DNA of 42,155 nt from Octopus bimaculoides (GCF_001194135.2 NC_068984.1:13467799-13509953), one strand, 5' to 3'; numbered from the stretch's first letter, positions 26,344 through 39,093 are shown. Numbers and translations are program-made. Notes: generated from the sequence alone by a model not told the origin.

Positions 26344-29300
26344 ATTAGATACCCCTCCACATATATATGTATACACACACACACACACACATACACACAC
26401 ACACACACATACACACACACACACATACACACACACATATATATATATATATAAATGTTCTATTTGTAAATATAAACGAAATTTAATAAAACCTAAAATA
26501 TATAATACAAGATTTCTCCATACTCGAAAACTAGTTCCTTCATTTGAACTATCCGATTTCTTACGGCTTAATCCTAAAACTGTTTCTACCGTCTCCTCGC
26601 CTCCACTCAATTGAACCATTTGTCATTAAGTAGGAAAGTCTTTGTTTTATGCCTCTTGTGTATTTTAGTATTTAATGCTCTGAGTCAGCAAATACCGACT
26701 CTAAAGTATTGTTCCTGTTGTAGCTGTTATTTTCAGAAAGAATCGGCTGTCTTAAAGGGGATTCAGTTCTATAGACTTGAAGCTACATTCTTGCATTAAT
26801 AAGACTGAGCTAACATTACAAACCAGAATGAATTGAACTTATTATGACATACACAGCTAGTAAACTGATACAATATATCTTAGTGAATAGATAGAAACCA
26901 CAGTGTTTTCAGCGGAGCAGCCTATAGTAACCTCACTATGTTGTGGCCCCAAATGAGTAATAACTTTATTAAAGTCACATATATATCTCATCTCTATTCA
27001 TAATAAACAATAAAAATATATAATTAGATCTACATTAATGATCGCAAAATTTAAGAAAGGGTATTTGCAGATTATGAATATTTACTTCTACGCACTGTAT
27101 ACAGATAGTTAAAATCTCTGCCCAACTACATATCATTTGCTAGAATAGTCACGTGTATGTGAATGTTGTCTTACATATCGTTGATATTTGTTTATTAGAA
27201 TTAGATATTATTATTAATGAAATAGTTTTCTTGCAGCAATAAATATTATATTCACTATTATGTTGCAGAAATTTAAGAGAATTTCAAATTCTATTTTATT
27301 TCAACTTATTGTCTCTCAAGACGTTTCCGACGAAAGTTTTCTATTCTGTCATTATATTGCTGATGCCATTCAATATATTCTCAGTGAAGGAGAAGACAAA
27401 GATTGAATAAGGGGAAAGAGAATGAGGAGAAGCAACAATTTCAGAATATAAGCTATAAAAAGACAATAAGGGGAGATGCAGCTGAAAAAGAAAATAATGA
27501 TGGAAAGTCGTAGAATAGGCTCCGTTCTACTGAGGCCGGTTTAAAAAAAAAGAAGAGAACAAATTATTGGAGAAGGGTGTGAGAAATAGAAGGGAGAATG
27601 GGTGAGAGGAGAAATTTGTATGATGGAATGAAATGAGAGAAAAGAGTTTATGTTGCAAGCTATAATAAAATAGAGACAGAAAGGGAGAGAAAAAGAAAAT
27701 GTAAAAACGAAACTAGAAAAATAGGAAAGTAATAACTAAAAAACAAAATTAATAAAAATGTGGAAGTGATAAAAGTGCTTGAAGGAATGTGAAAAATATA
27801 AAGAAAGAATTGAGGACAGAAGGGTGGTGTGGGATTTGATTTGGTAACTAGTTGACACTTATGTCAAGAAATATTTTGAACTTTCCAAGCCAAAGCTCTG
27901 AAAAGAAAATCGTTGCAAAATCTGCTGACGCCAGTTGAACCTGTCTAGAAAACAAGGAAATCAACCATTCAATTATATTCAGTGCCTTGCAATTGAAACC
28001 AAGCATTGATCGTAGTGAGTCACGACGTGAAATTGTAGACAATAACCTCACACGTATCTAGCACGCTCGTTTCTCCACCATCCATTCTATCCTATCGCCC
28101 ATTGTGCTAAGTTGCTTACACAAAAGTTGTTCTAAGTTGGCTAAATCAAATAAGAGATGTGTCCATTAGCAAGGGCGTTGCCACTGCTGTTTATACACGC
28201 CTGTCAATGGCAGTTTCGGGTGAACGAATGTGTATAGGTGACGTTAACAGGCTAAGTGTTAACGCAAGATAAGGAAAAGCAGAAATTTGTTGGGGAAATA
28301 TCGAGCCTTTTATTATTGACACTTGATTCGTCTCTGTCTACGAAGTCAGAGCTGGAATTCAAGGCTGAGAGATTTCCTCACATCGATTTGTTGCTAAAGT
28401 TTCTCTAGTTGTTAATGTATTAAAATATGGAAGTGTTACTAGAATGCAATTGTTGTTCTCTTCTTGTTTTCGTTGTTGTTGCTTTATTTGCTTTATTTTA
28501 CAAAGAATAATTGACATTCAGGAATTTATATTTCCGGCTACAAAAATTATTATTAAACCCGTGGGACAAGAAGACACAAATACACGCGCGTGCACACGCA
28601 TAGACATACACACATACACACACACACACATACACACACACACATACTAATACACATACACAAATAAACAAATACACACATACACTCACGAACACAGATA
28701 CAGACACAAATACAAACACACAAAGACTGAGTAATTAAAAATGTTTATTAACATTTGAGATAAATCAGAAAATGAAGTTAGGAGCGTCGAATGAGTGGAA
28801 ATAGAATTATGAAAATGGAAAATGGGTTAATGGACATTAAATTTTAATCGGAAGGATAGGACAACGAATTTGAAATCGTGGGCTCACGGTCAGAATAAGC
28901 ATTGTACGTAGGAGGCCAAATATTATTGTTAGTGTTTTTTAAAGGATATATTATTAAATGTTATCTTAATATCAATTATTATTGTTAGGATTATTAAATG
29001 ATGATAATTTTGTAATATTATCAGGATTATTAAATGGATTAAGATGAATAGAATATTACTATTATTACATATAGTCTCTAATCAGCCTTGACTGAGCAAA
29101 ACTTATGGTCAAATATATTTCAAATGTGGAAATGTTGTCATGGTATTTCTACCTTATATTGTAATTTGCGGCTATATATCTCTTACGAGATTACGGGATG
29201 TGACACGGGGGGCAAAAGGCTGCTCTGTTTACATGTTAGCGTTGTTAAATGTTAGATGTATTGTTTTCGCGTATTACATGTAACACATATTAAATAAATG

Positions 29301-29654
29301 TAGCAAGATAAATAACATGTTAGAACTTAAGAAAAAAAGCATTTCATGTAAGTTAATTCCAAAGTATACATTAAAAACGGTCCTTCGTCTTTTTAAAAAA
29401 TGGAAGGAGGTAAATTTCGATTCCAGTATCGAAGTGAAGGAGTGGAATCACGGAGAGTTAATGATGGCTTATGTTGGTAACGAGTACACTTTATACGTCC
29501 ACAATGTCCAGGGTTGACCAATACATTGTGCGAGAATTTGGTAAATGGAAGAATCAATCAGTTGAAGTATTGCATAAACGTATAAACGCGCGCACACACA
29601 CACACACACACACATATATAAAATCAGAATAAGCAACAGGATATCAAGTAGTGA

Positions 29655-29731
29655 TGCAGTATGACCGTTTCAAACGGCTCCGTTTCATTGCACTCATTAC
29701 ATAATTAAATGTAGTGCCATCTTCAGCTGCA
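29655..29731 (-). ncRNA. Candidate type I hammerhead ribozyme with atypical helix II
   Basis: Minus strand TGCAG-CTGAAGA-T-[two hairpins: GCACT/AGTGC and AAACGG/CCGTTT]-GAAA-CGGTCA-TA-CTGCA; helix I TGCAG/CTGCA is perfect. Confidence 0.4.
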
Positions 29732-31198
29732 AATAAATAAATGGAATTTTAACAAGTAGGACACATTAATATAATTTTTCTCAAGTATTTTAACACAGCA
29801 ATAATAGGGAAGAAATTCATGTTGTCGCTATTGTAGCTAAGAATAGTCTGCACTTCTAAGAATTGCATGGAGCATAGTGGAGTCATAGGGGTGTGAGGGA
29901 TTGTAATTCATTTCTAATTCATTTATCTCTTTATCAACAACTAAATCTAAGTCTAGAAGACTGTGTCTATTTTGAATAAAGGACAAGAGTGAGTTGACAG
30001 CTCATGGCTAGGTGTGGTCATAAATATTAACATATGTCTCCATATTCCCCAGGGAAGAAGTACGTCATTAGGAGTAGTCAGTTGGATATAAGTAACTGTC
30101 TATAAAAAGAGGCAGGGTAGGGGTAAACTTTAAATCATGATGTTAATTACCAGTTAAAGGGGCAAGACTCTAAAAAAGCTAAGAGGATAATACAGAGAAT
30201 GTTTTATTCAAGGGCACTATGGGTAATTGTTTATAAACAATATTGTTAAGTTGTGCAAAAATAAAATTTCAGAATTTCAGAAATGATATCATAACCATAA
30301 TAGGTAAAAGGTGTGTATATATCAATTATAAACATTCAAAAGAAAGGTTACATAGAATAATTTTAATATTCATTCATGTACCTAATTATCCATTAGGTGG
30401 TTTCTATAAAGACTGCTTAGGGCATTTACTTATGGAATAACTGGAAAGATATAATGCTATCTATTAATTTTAAGCCATGAATCAGAAAAAAGGAAAAGAT
30501 TCATACAGATACACATACATTTATATATGTGCATACATGCATATATACACATACACAAATATCTATACGTTTATATGGATATAATACAAATATCTCGCAT
30601 AGAGTTAAGTTACTGAAAAAATATATATTTAAGAGCAAGAAACATAACAATTTATACGGGATAAGAGGTTAATAAGGATATCAAAATAAGAAAACAGAAT
30701 AATAAGAATTTATAGAAAATGATAAGAAATATATATAACCTCCATATAAAGAGACAGGGGATTAAAATTAGAGGTAGGGAAGAGATAAAGGTAACCTGAA
30801 AAGAGGGGGTAATTTGGTATGGAAGTAGTGAGGGCAGTTTAAGGTATTCAGACCGAAGAGATTTTATAAGGTGTAATGTTACAGGTGTTATTTTATGTAT
30901 GATTTTATAGTTTCTAAGAGGTACATAATTTAGTCGAAAGGAGGCTTACTTACACAAAGTCACTACAAATATACATAATATGATCAGTAGGGTCATCATA
31001 GAAAGGAAAATAGTGTAATCACCAAAAGTCAGACTAACTAGGCATGGGTTACCACGGGATAGTATTATATATAGCACACCATATACAATAACACACATCA
31101 TATAAGATATGCAATGCAATATAATTCACCATGATGGTAAGTTTACAACGAATACGACACCAAAATCAATTTCCGCCTTCAAAATTCAAGTACGGCAA

Positions 31199-31690
31199 CT
31201 ATAATCGTTTGTTTCGAAAATACTTAAATGCATGGGTGACGCTATGCATCATTGATACCCTTAGTTCTAATCCATTATTAATCAAAATCTTCTTGTCCCT
31301 ATACTTAAAAATCTCATAAGTTTCCATAGAGCACAGCTCACACCCATAACGACTATCTCTATAAAGCTGCGCTCTCCGCATCATATTCTATTTAAGGCTA
31401 AATCCGATTCTACTTTCTTTCAGTTCCTAAATCTTGCTAGATAAGGACGAACTATTAGCTTTATATTTGAGTTTAAAAGATGAAAAATGGTTATTGATAC
31501 GTTTGTTTTCATATTTATTGAACATCCAATATATATATATATATATAGGGAGAGAGAGTTTCCAGCCTCAGTTAAGATTTTACATTTATAAATTACATTT
31601 TGGATTAAACAACGACCTAATAACGGACAATGGGATTTAACTCTACAATTGCAACCGGGAGTCTTACTAGTACTAATATTATTGATATTC
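31199..31690 (-). pseudogene. PLE GIY-YIG endonuclease with CxCx5Cx5C linker
   Basis: CNCRVKSHCPLLGRCLIQNVIYKCKI...YIGCS..KRINNHFSSFKLKYKANSSSLSSKI*ELKE...K*NMMRRAQLY...CELCSME...INNGLEL. Confidence 0.9.
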
Positions 31691-31721
31691 CTAAAATTGT
31701 TGTTATAACTACTACTACTAG

Positions 31722-31777
<56 letters not shown>

Positions 31778-32382
31778 TAATCAGTGTTATTACTGATGTT
31801 ATTTATACCTCCTTGAACTACAGTATCATTTAAATTCATNNNNNNNNNNTATATATAAAGGATATAATATTACTTCAAAGTTTTGTATCTAGCTAGCACC
31901 CAATAATTAAGCAATTTACTTGACATAATTTGGAAATGTTCGTGAAAATAGGTAACTTGTTTTATCAGAGACAGTAGGGACTTCTGAAACCATGCTCCCG
32001 AAAGAGGAGATGATATGGCCTTCTTAAATCAAGTTTCATATAGAGACAAACGGATGGTCTTAGTTTTGATGTTACCAACCTCTACTCAAATGTCGGCTGT
32101 GGAGTAGGATTAAAAGCGTAAAGTACAGGATAAACAAAAGAATCAGGAGAGATTCCTAAAAGAGTTTATACTTGAAGGGTTACGCTTGACAGTAGAAATA
32201 ACGTTTCCTTCTTTGACAACTAATATTACTTAAAAATATACGAAACAGCAAGGGATGTTTGAGACACTAGGAATGAAATTAGAGGAAAGAAATTCCATAC
32301 CCTGTTGCGAATTACTTTTGATCAACAAATTCAATTCTATCTAATAGGGAACTGTAACACATTCTTGGATCACTGCTTCTTA

Positions 32383-32532
32383 CATTATTTACATTTAACA
32401 GATATTTGTTCTCATCTTGTTTGTTGTTAACACAACGTTTCGGCTGATATACCCTCCAGCCTTCGTCCGTTGTCTTGGGGAAATCTCGAAACTGGGTTCT
32501 CATTCCTAAGGTATTTTTTTTAGATGTTATTA

Positions 32533-32587
<55 letters not shown>

Positions 32588-32778
32588 TATCACTGTGTCT
32601 GAAATCGAACTCGGTGTCTTGAGGTTAGTAGCCCTCGCTCTTAACCGCTACGCCATTTGCCCGTGGGCATATCAGCCGAAACATTGTGTTAACAACAAAC
32701 AAGATGAGGACAAATATCCGTCAAATATAAATAATGTAAATTATGTACATAATTCCTCCTCTCTTAAATATAGAACTG
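32383..32778. mobile_element. Palindromic tRNA-head/hammerhead element (family C), right arm internally deleted
   Basis: Perfect 12-bp TSD cactgcttctta (32371-32382, 32779-32790); left arm complete on minus; centre gccatttgccc-gt-gggcatat. Confidence 0.9.
32429..32474 (-). ncRNA. Minimal type I hammerhead, core mutated (U4 to G)
   Basis: GACAA-CGGACGA-A-GGCTG-gagggtatat-CAGCC-GAAAC-GTT-GTGTT. Confidence 0.65.
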
Positions 32779-33853
32779 CACTGCTTCTTAGTTTGAAACA
32801 AAAGAAAGGACGACTTTGCAAGATCCCTTAGATTAATAATCAGTGTTCATGAATAGCTCTAGTTCTCTATGGAAAAGAAAGAAACAGATTTCTCTTTTCT
32901 GAACATTCTAGTAATTGAAGAAAAATGAGACAATTGCAATCAGTCTCTACTGAAAGGATACGGAAACCAACCTATAGAGTTTGTTATCTTTCCCATGTAA
33001 AATGGAACGTACAATTCAATATGGCAAGGTGAGCAAGCTCAATAGACGAAGAGAAAAAAACGACTTGTAGAACTAAGGAGATTATTTCAAAAGCAGAAAT
33101 ACCTATTGAATTTAATAAATCATATCATAACCGAACCAAAAGAAATGCCGATCTTTACCTAACAGAAAAACACTCTGGCAGGGGATGGAAACAAGAGTAC
33201 AGGTATAAAAATTGCGTTTGTCAACACTCAAAATTCTTGGAGCCGCAACATCATCCATTCGATAAAATGATACATCTGAATGCTGCATCAGTCATCGAAT
33301 ATCCGACAAATAATTAAAAGGTCACACATCAACAGCCGAGGAAAATTACTGAATATCATAAAACTCCGAACCAAGGCGGGATTCACATCGGAGAAAGAAG
33401 TAACGCAGATAACAAACTCTGGAGACCCTCGTTATGGGACATGTGAAATCATGGAAGAATTAAGAACTACAAGATATTAAGAATTGCAAGGAATTAGAAG
33501 GTGAATGCGAATATGAATTGCAAAGCAAGAAATCTCATCTACGTAATCACATGTCCGGAATACAACGAGAATTACAAAGGAGAAATAAAGCAAAAGCAGA
33601 AAACTCTATAAGAATTATAAATCCGAAAGTAGATCGGAAATATTCAACATTACGAAAACAACCTTCTTTACGCATTAGCACCGAAGACATGTGATTGGAA
33701 AGTTGAACAACGATAGCGTTTACATGCAAAATGCATACTATGAGAACATTTCTTCCTCAAATGTTTGTGACATTCTGTTTCGTAATATTTTTCTAAAAAT
33801 CACTTTTTAAATAGATTGTACACACACGCACTCACACCTTCCCCGTCACCAGC

Positions 33854-33887
<34 letters not shown>

Positions 33888-34086
33888 NNNNNNNNNNNNN
33901 NNNNNNNNNNNNNNNNNNNNNNNNNNNNNNNNNNNNNNNNNNNNNNNNNNNNNNNNNNNNNNNNNNNNNNNNNNNNNNNNNNNNNNNNNNNNNNNNNNNN
34001 NNNNNNNNNNNNNNNNNNNNNNNNNNNNNNNNNNNNNNNNNNNNNNNNNNNNNNNNNNNNNNNNNNNNNNNNNNNNNNNNNNNNNN
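33888..34086. other. Assembly gap inside (TA)n
   Basis: Run of N. Confidence 1.
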
Positions 34087-34131
<45 letters not shown>

Positions 34132-34810
34132 TTATATATAAACATACACGGATAAGTAGGCAAACGAAAGAAACACATTTATTATATACATATATTATTA
34201 TAAACAGCCACATCGACGAGCTGAGCCCGACAACCTAGGTTTCACCTATCACGGTGTGTTTTGGAACGTAAGACCCGCGATAATCAAGGCATTACTGTAT
34301 ATTTATGTACTTTTCTGCGTGTGTGTCTGTGTTCAGTTAACATTTCTTATTAATATTAAGACCATATTTAAATTTTACCGTTCCTTGATAGTGATAAAAT
34401 ATTTATATATACTAGATGATTTGTCATTACTTAATTCATGAATAAAAATTACATTACAGTCAGTTATTTTGTTATGTTACACTTTAAATGAAATCTGAAC
34501 TTAAAAACTTTATACCTGTGAGACTATTTTGTATGTATAAATACCTAGATATAATGAACATATTCAATATTCGATAACAATAGAAAGATACTTGGCGCTG
34601 CCCAGGGAATATAGCACTCAATTCTCGACTAATTAGTTAAATTTAAATCATGGTGATTCTGCAAAAATATATTAATTCAAGCACATTGTTTATATAACGT
34701 TTAGCAGCGGTTCATTGTTTTATTATACTTGTTAAAATTTTACATGCGTTTCATTAAATTAGTACAAAGGTAAATAACTCAAAAGCATAACAGCTATAGG
34801 AATCCATTCA

Positions 34811-34869
<59 letters not shown>

Positions 34870-34870
34870 C

Positions 34871-34905
<35 letters not shown>

Positions 34906-34914
34906 CATCTATCC

Positions 34915-34962
<48 letters not shown>

Positions 34963-34965
34963 GTA

Positions 34966-35006
<41 letters not shown>

Positions 35007-35019
35007 ATCTATCTACCTA

Positions 35020-35058
<39 letters not shown>

Positions 35059-35075
35059 ATCTATCTATCTATCTA
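34811..35075. repeat. (ATCT)n/(GTCT)n/(CT)n microsatellite
   Basis: Directly visible. Confidence 0.97.
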
Positions 35076-35206
35076 ATGTAAATGAAGGAAGACAAAGTTC
35101 TAATTGAAAAGCGGAAAACAGAAATTTCTCAAACAAAATAATATGATAAATAGTTATCATTAGAATAATTGAATAAACGTTTTTACGAATATTGATGAAA
35201 AACAGC

Positions 35207-35414
35207 TCTCTTTACTCTTTTACTCTTTTACTTGCTTCAGTCATTTGACTGCAGCCATGCTGGAGCACCGCCTTTAGTCGAGCAAATCGACCCCAGGACA
35301 CTTATTCTTTTGTAACCCTAGTACTTATTCGATCGGTCTCTTTTGCCGAACCGCTAAGTTACGAGAACGTAAACACACCAACATCAGTTTGTCAAGCGAT
35401 GTTGAGGAGACAGA
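35207..35414 (-). mobile_element. SINE family A, 3' half; the rest is probably in gap 35415-35742
   Basis: Tail and body match family A. Confidence 0.9.
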
Positions 35415-35772
35415 NNNNNNNNNNNNNNNNNNNNNNNNNNNNNNNNNNNNNNNNNNNNNNNNNNNNNNNNNNNNNNNNNNNNNNNNNNNNNNNNNNNNNN
35501 NNNNNNNNNNNNNNNNNNNNNNNNNNNNNNNNNNNNNNNNNNNNNNNNNNNNNNNNNNNNNNNNNNNNNNNNNNNNNNNNNNNNNNNNNNNNNNNNNNNN
35601 NNNNNNNNNNNNNNNNNNNNNNNNNNNNNNNNNNNNNNNNNNNNNNNNNNNNNNNNNNNNNNNNNNNNNNNNNNNNNNNNNNNNNNNNNNNNNNNNNNNN
35701 NNNNNNNNNNNNNNNNNNNNNNNNNNNNNNNNNNNNNNNNNNTATATATATATATATATATATGTGTATATA

Positions 35773-36240
35773 CACAAGGTATAATCAATAAGTATCCTAT
35801 GTTGGCATAGTAACGAAGCTAAAGCATGCAGAGTGAAGCCGCTTAGCAAATATTTACCATAAACTGTTATGCATGCGCACCAAGTTTCAACGTTCTACCT
35901 CACATCCACTGTTTACAGCAGTGCGTGGAAGGAAGGTGTGTAGCCTGTGATCGTCGCATTGATCATGACAGAGAAAGTTGTCATGGCGATAGCTACTCAG
36001 AGACCTACGCAAATTTGCAGAAAATGTAAGGAGAAGAGTGTATGAGCCGCATACAAGTGTGCGAATGGTGGAGACGTTACCATGATAGTCGAGAAAAAAG
36101 CCGTCGATCTTGAAGAACGCTCTGGGACGCCCGCAACCAGCCGAACTGAGAAAAACATCACTGAAGTGCGTGCAGCTCTGAGGGGAAATCGTCGAATCAC
36201 CATCAGTGAGTTATAAGAAGATGGGCAGATTCGTTACTGC
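35773..36240 (+). mobile_element. Mariner left end with transposase N-terminal HTH remnant
   Basis: TA then TIR-like ..atcaataagtatcc; MTEKV, GDSYSETYANLQKM*GEECMSRIQVCEWWRRY, RPATSRTEKNITEVRAALRGNRRITISEL. Confidence 0.9.
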
Positions 36241-36339
36241 CAAATTTATATGAAAACTGCTTTCCACTAAACAAAACGACACTCGGGTTTCAGTTGCACA
36301 AGATCTTGATAGTGTCTAGAACGATGAAAATCTTTTGAA

Positions 36340-36607
36340 AATATTTTGTAGGCCTTTAGAGCAGGTATCTCTAAGCTTTTGATGCAGATTATTTGCTCAA
36401 CTTTGTCTGTCATGCTTAATGCGACGATCACACGCTATACAACTTCTTTCCGAGCACTGCTGTATACAGCAGAAGTGAGCTAGAACGCTAAACCTTAGTG
36501 CGCATGCACAACAACGTACAAGGTCAAAATCTGTGCCTAGCGGCTTCATTCTCCGTACTCTAGTTTCCTTACTGTGGCAATATTCCGGATACTTATTGAT
36601 CTGACCA

Positions 36608-36609
<2 letters not shown>
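36340..36609 (-). mobile_element. Second mariner left end, inverted
   Basis: Minus strand ggtggtcagatcaataagtatcc next to TA; MTDKVEQIICIK from 36413; homologous to 35773-35985. Confidence 0.88.
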
Positions 36610-36657
<48 letters not shown>

Positions 36658-37554
36658 GAAACAAACATATACGCACACACACGCACATCCACACATACAT
36701 GCATGCATACATACATACATACATGCATACACACACACAAACACTCATACACACACATATACATGCAGTACATACATATATGTTTAGTATATCAAAGTTG
36801 ACATTGGCAGGCTGAGTAAGGACTGACGATAATTTGATTGTGGAAAAAGAGAGCAGAAGATTGACACATACAATTGATTGGGAAATATAATATATAAATA
36901 TTTAGTGAGAAAGAAAGAGTAGTTGTGGAAAATAGGTAAATGTGGAAAACAGAGAAAGTCATAGAAACAAAAAGAGAGCGAGAAAGTAAGACAGAATTAT
37001 AGAGAGAGAAAGAAAAACTGACTTTTATCAGTCGAGTTATGAACACCTACAAAAAATGGTTGCAATAGTAATATATATATATATCGTATGAAACGAAACT
37101 TCCTTATATCCAAGTCACGTGATGTCTGTCTTTACTGAAATATAGAGAGTCTGGAATTAGTTTTGTTATACATAAATGTACAAGTCGCATGTCACAGTGA
37201 AAGCTGTAAAGTGTGAAAATATGTGTTGGCCCAACACCTAAGCATACAACATACATTTGAGCTTAAGCCGAACGTGGACCTCTCAGCGAAAGTCGAGTAA
37301 CTTCGCGAGGCTGTCTCTGATGTTAAATGTCAGCAGATATTTCACAGGCTGTTGCCTAGTTACCGAAAGAGTCGTTCGAGTGTGAGTTGTACCTGCAGGT
37401 CGTATTGAAAGCGTCAATCCATATTGTTGAAGATCCTTGTCAGTCCTTGAACGGCACACTATTTTCAATGTAAATGGTCAGCGCTTGGTTATACAAGGCA
37501 GAGATAGACTCAAAGTGTGTCAATTATCTATTTGTTTTCTCTTCTGCTAAATAG

Positions 37555-37723
37555 ATTATGTCTCCATGTTGTCTTGGTGATTATGCCAAAGTGTCAAAGT
37601 TGCTGAGAACTGGATGGCGACAGGCAGAGAAAACGATAGGGAAGAATTTCCTCTTTTTACTTTCGATGTATTATTCCAGTTCGCATCATGTTCCAAGCAG
37701 TTTCTCCCCTAGAAATGTTTGTG
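37555..37723 (+). other. Candidate spliced exon of an unidentified transcript
   Basis: Acceptor tttgttttctcttctgctaaatag, donor GTG|gtaagt, 169 nt, one frame open throughout (IMSPCCLGDYAKVSKLLRTGW...RNVC). Confidence 0.35.
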
Positions 37724-38633
37724 GTAAGTAGTACAAATATATCGATCAATTGCATTTACCTTCTAGAATGAGACCACTCCATGAACATTGTTCAGGAGCT
37801 CACAGCAATTTGAATAAGTTTCTATAATATTTAATTTAAAAATCATGTCTTCAAAAACATATTATGCTGTTCAAAATACCATCGAAAATACAACCAACAT
37901 CATACAGTCTTTCATTGCTTCCCAACTATATTTGAATATATCAGCACTAAATTATATTTATTTAAAGTAATCTCCCAGCATCTGTCATAATACGAACAGA
38001 AAATTATAGACACCATATATCAGAAACCGGCCGCTAATAAATTTTATCATTTAAAAACATCATATGTTTGAAAAATTACTCTGAAGATTTAGATTTATTT
38101 TTTGGTGTTTTCGCGTTTAAATATGTTTATATTTATAAAATAATCGCGTATTATGCTCCATGTATCAAATTATTGGTTTGTTGTAATGTTGAAATACATT
38201 ACAAAATTTATCAGAGCGATTTATTAAACATAAAACTTGAGTATTTTGAGAACATAAGCATATATAAATGGGAAAGAATAAAATAGTAAATTATTTTCTG
38301 TATTGTGTGGTACTAAAATACCGCATGATAACATTTTGAAGATATCAGTATTAAATGCAGGATATAACAAATGAAAGCATTTCAAACACACACACAGACA
38401 CAGCACACACACAGACACAGCACACACACAGATATATGTAGATATACTGATAGATTTGTGTAGGCATTTGTGAGAGATGAATAAGAAAGTGCGAGTGAGC
38501 TAAAGAGGCATTACAGGAAGTCTGAAGGTAAAGGATAATGCTTGTCTGACTACATTCCTGTATCCGTCACTAACACTCTTACGTTACTGGAACATTCGAA
38601 ACAGTTATATTATAACTTACTGATCAGCATTAT

Positions 38634-38864
38634 TTTTCTCTTTATTGCCCACAGGGGGTTAAACATTGAGGAGACAAACAAAGAAAGACAAAGGTATCAA
38701 GTCAACTACTTTGATCCTAGTGCGTAACTGGTACTTAATTATTCGACGCCGAAAGGATAAAAAGCTAAGTCGACCTCGGCGGAATTTGAACTCAGAACGT
38801 AACAGCAGACGAAATACCGTTAAGCACTTCGCCTGGCGTGCTAACAATTCTGCCAGATCACCGC
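38634..38864 (-). mobile_element. SINE family B, long-tail variant
   Basis: Matches 25642-25874. Confidence 0.92.
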
Positions 38865-39093
38865 TGTGTAGTAATAGCGATAAAAACTTACGGGTCATCA
38901 TTGTTAATCTCTCCAGGTCAAGGATGATTATTCACCAGATTTCTCATTTATGGGCCAACATGTGGCTATATAGGTCAGTGTAAGTCTCACGAGCATGGTC
39001 ATAGCCTGGAGATTTCTTAATGCAGTCCTATATTTAAGGGATGACGAATTATGCATATTATTTACATTTGACGGATATTTGCCCTCATCTTGT

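Larger units (their letters stand above)
29655..31839 (-). mobile_element. Penelope-like element 1: GIY-YIG 3' end plus putative ~1.5 kb 3' region
   Basis: Coding remnant at 31199-31690; 3' extent is inferred from strand-biased unique sequence ending at the hammerhead-like motif. Confidence 0.55.
31895..33600 (+). pseudogene. Penelope-like element 2: degraded RT, linker and GIY-YIG, interrupted at 32383-32778
   Basis: LSNLLDII..FIRDSRDF*NH, LSFDVTNLYSNV, FLKEFILEGLRL, NNVSFFDN*YYLKI, TFLDHCFLV (FLDD motif), FSMEK..FSFLNILV, RLVELRRLFQKQKY, TKAGFTS..GDPRYGTCEIM, NCKARNLIYVITCPEYNENYKGE. Confidence 0.9.

Noticed and set aside
27385-27830. Purine-rich tract as a triplex-forming element
   Set aside because: No mirror symmetry seen; ordinary low complexity
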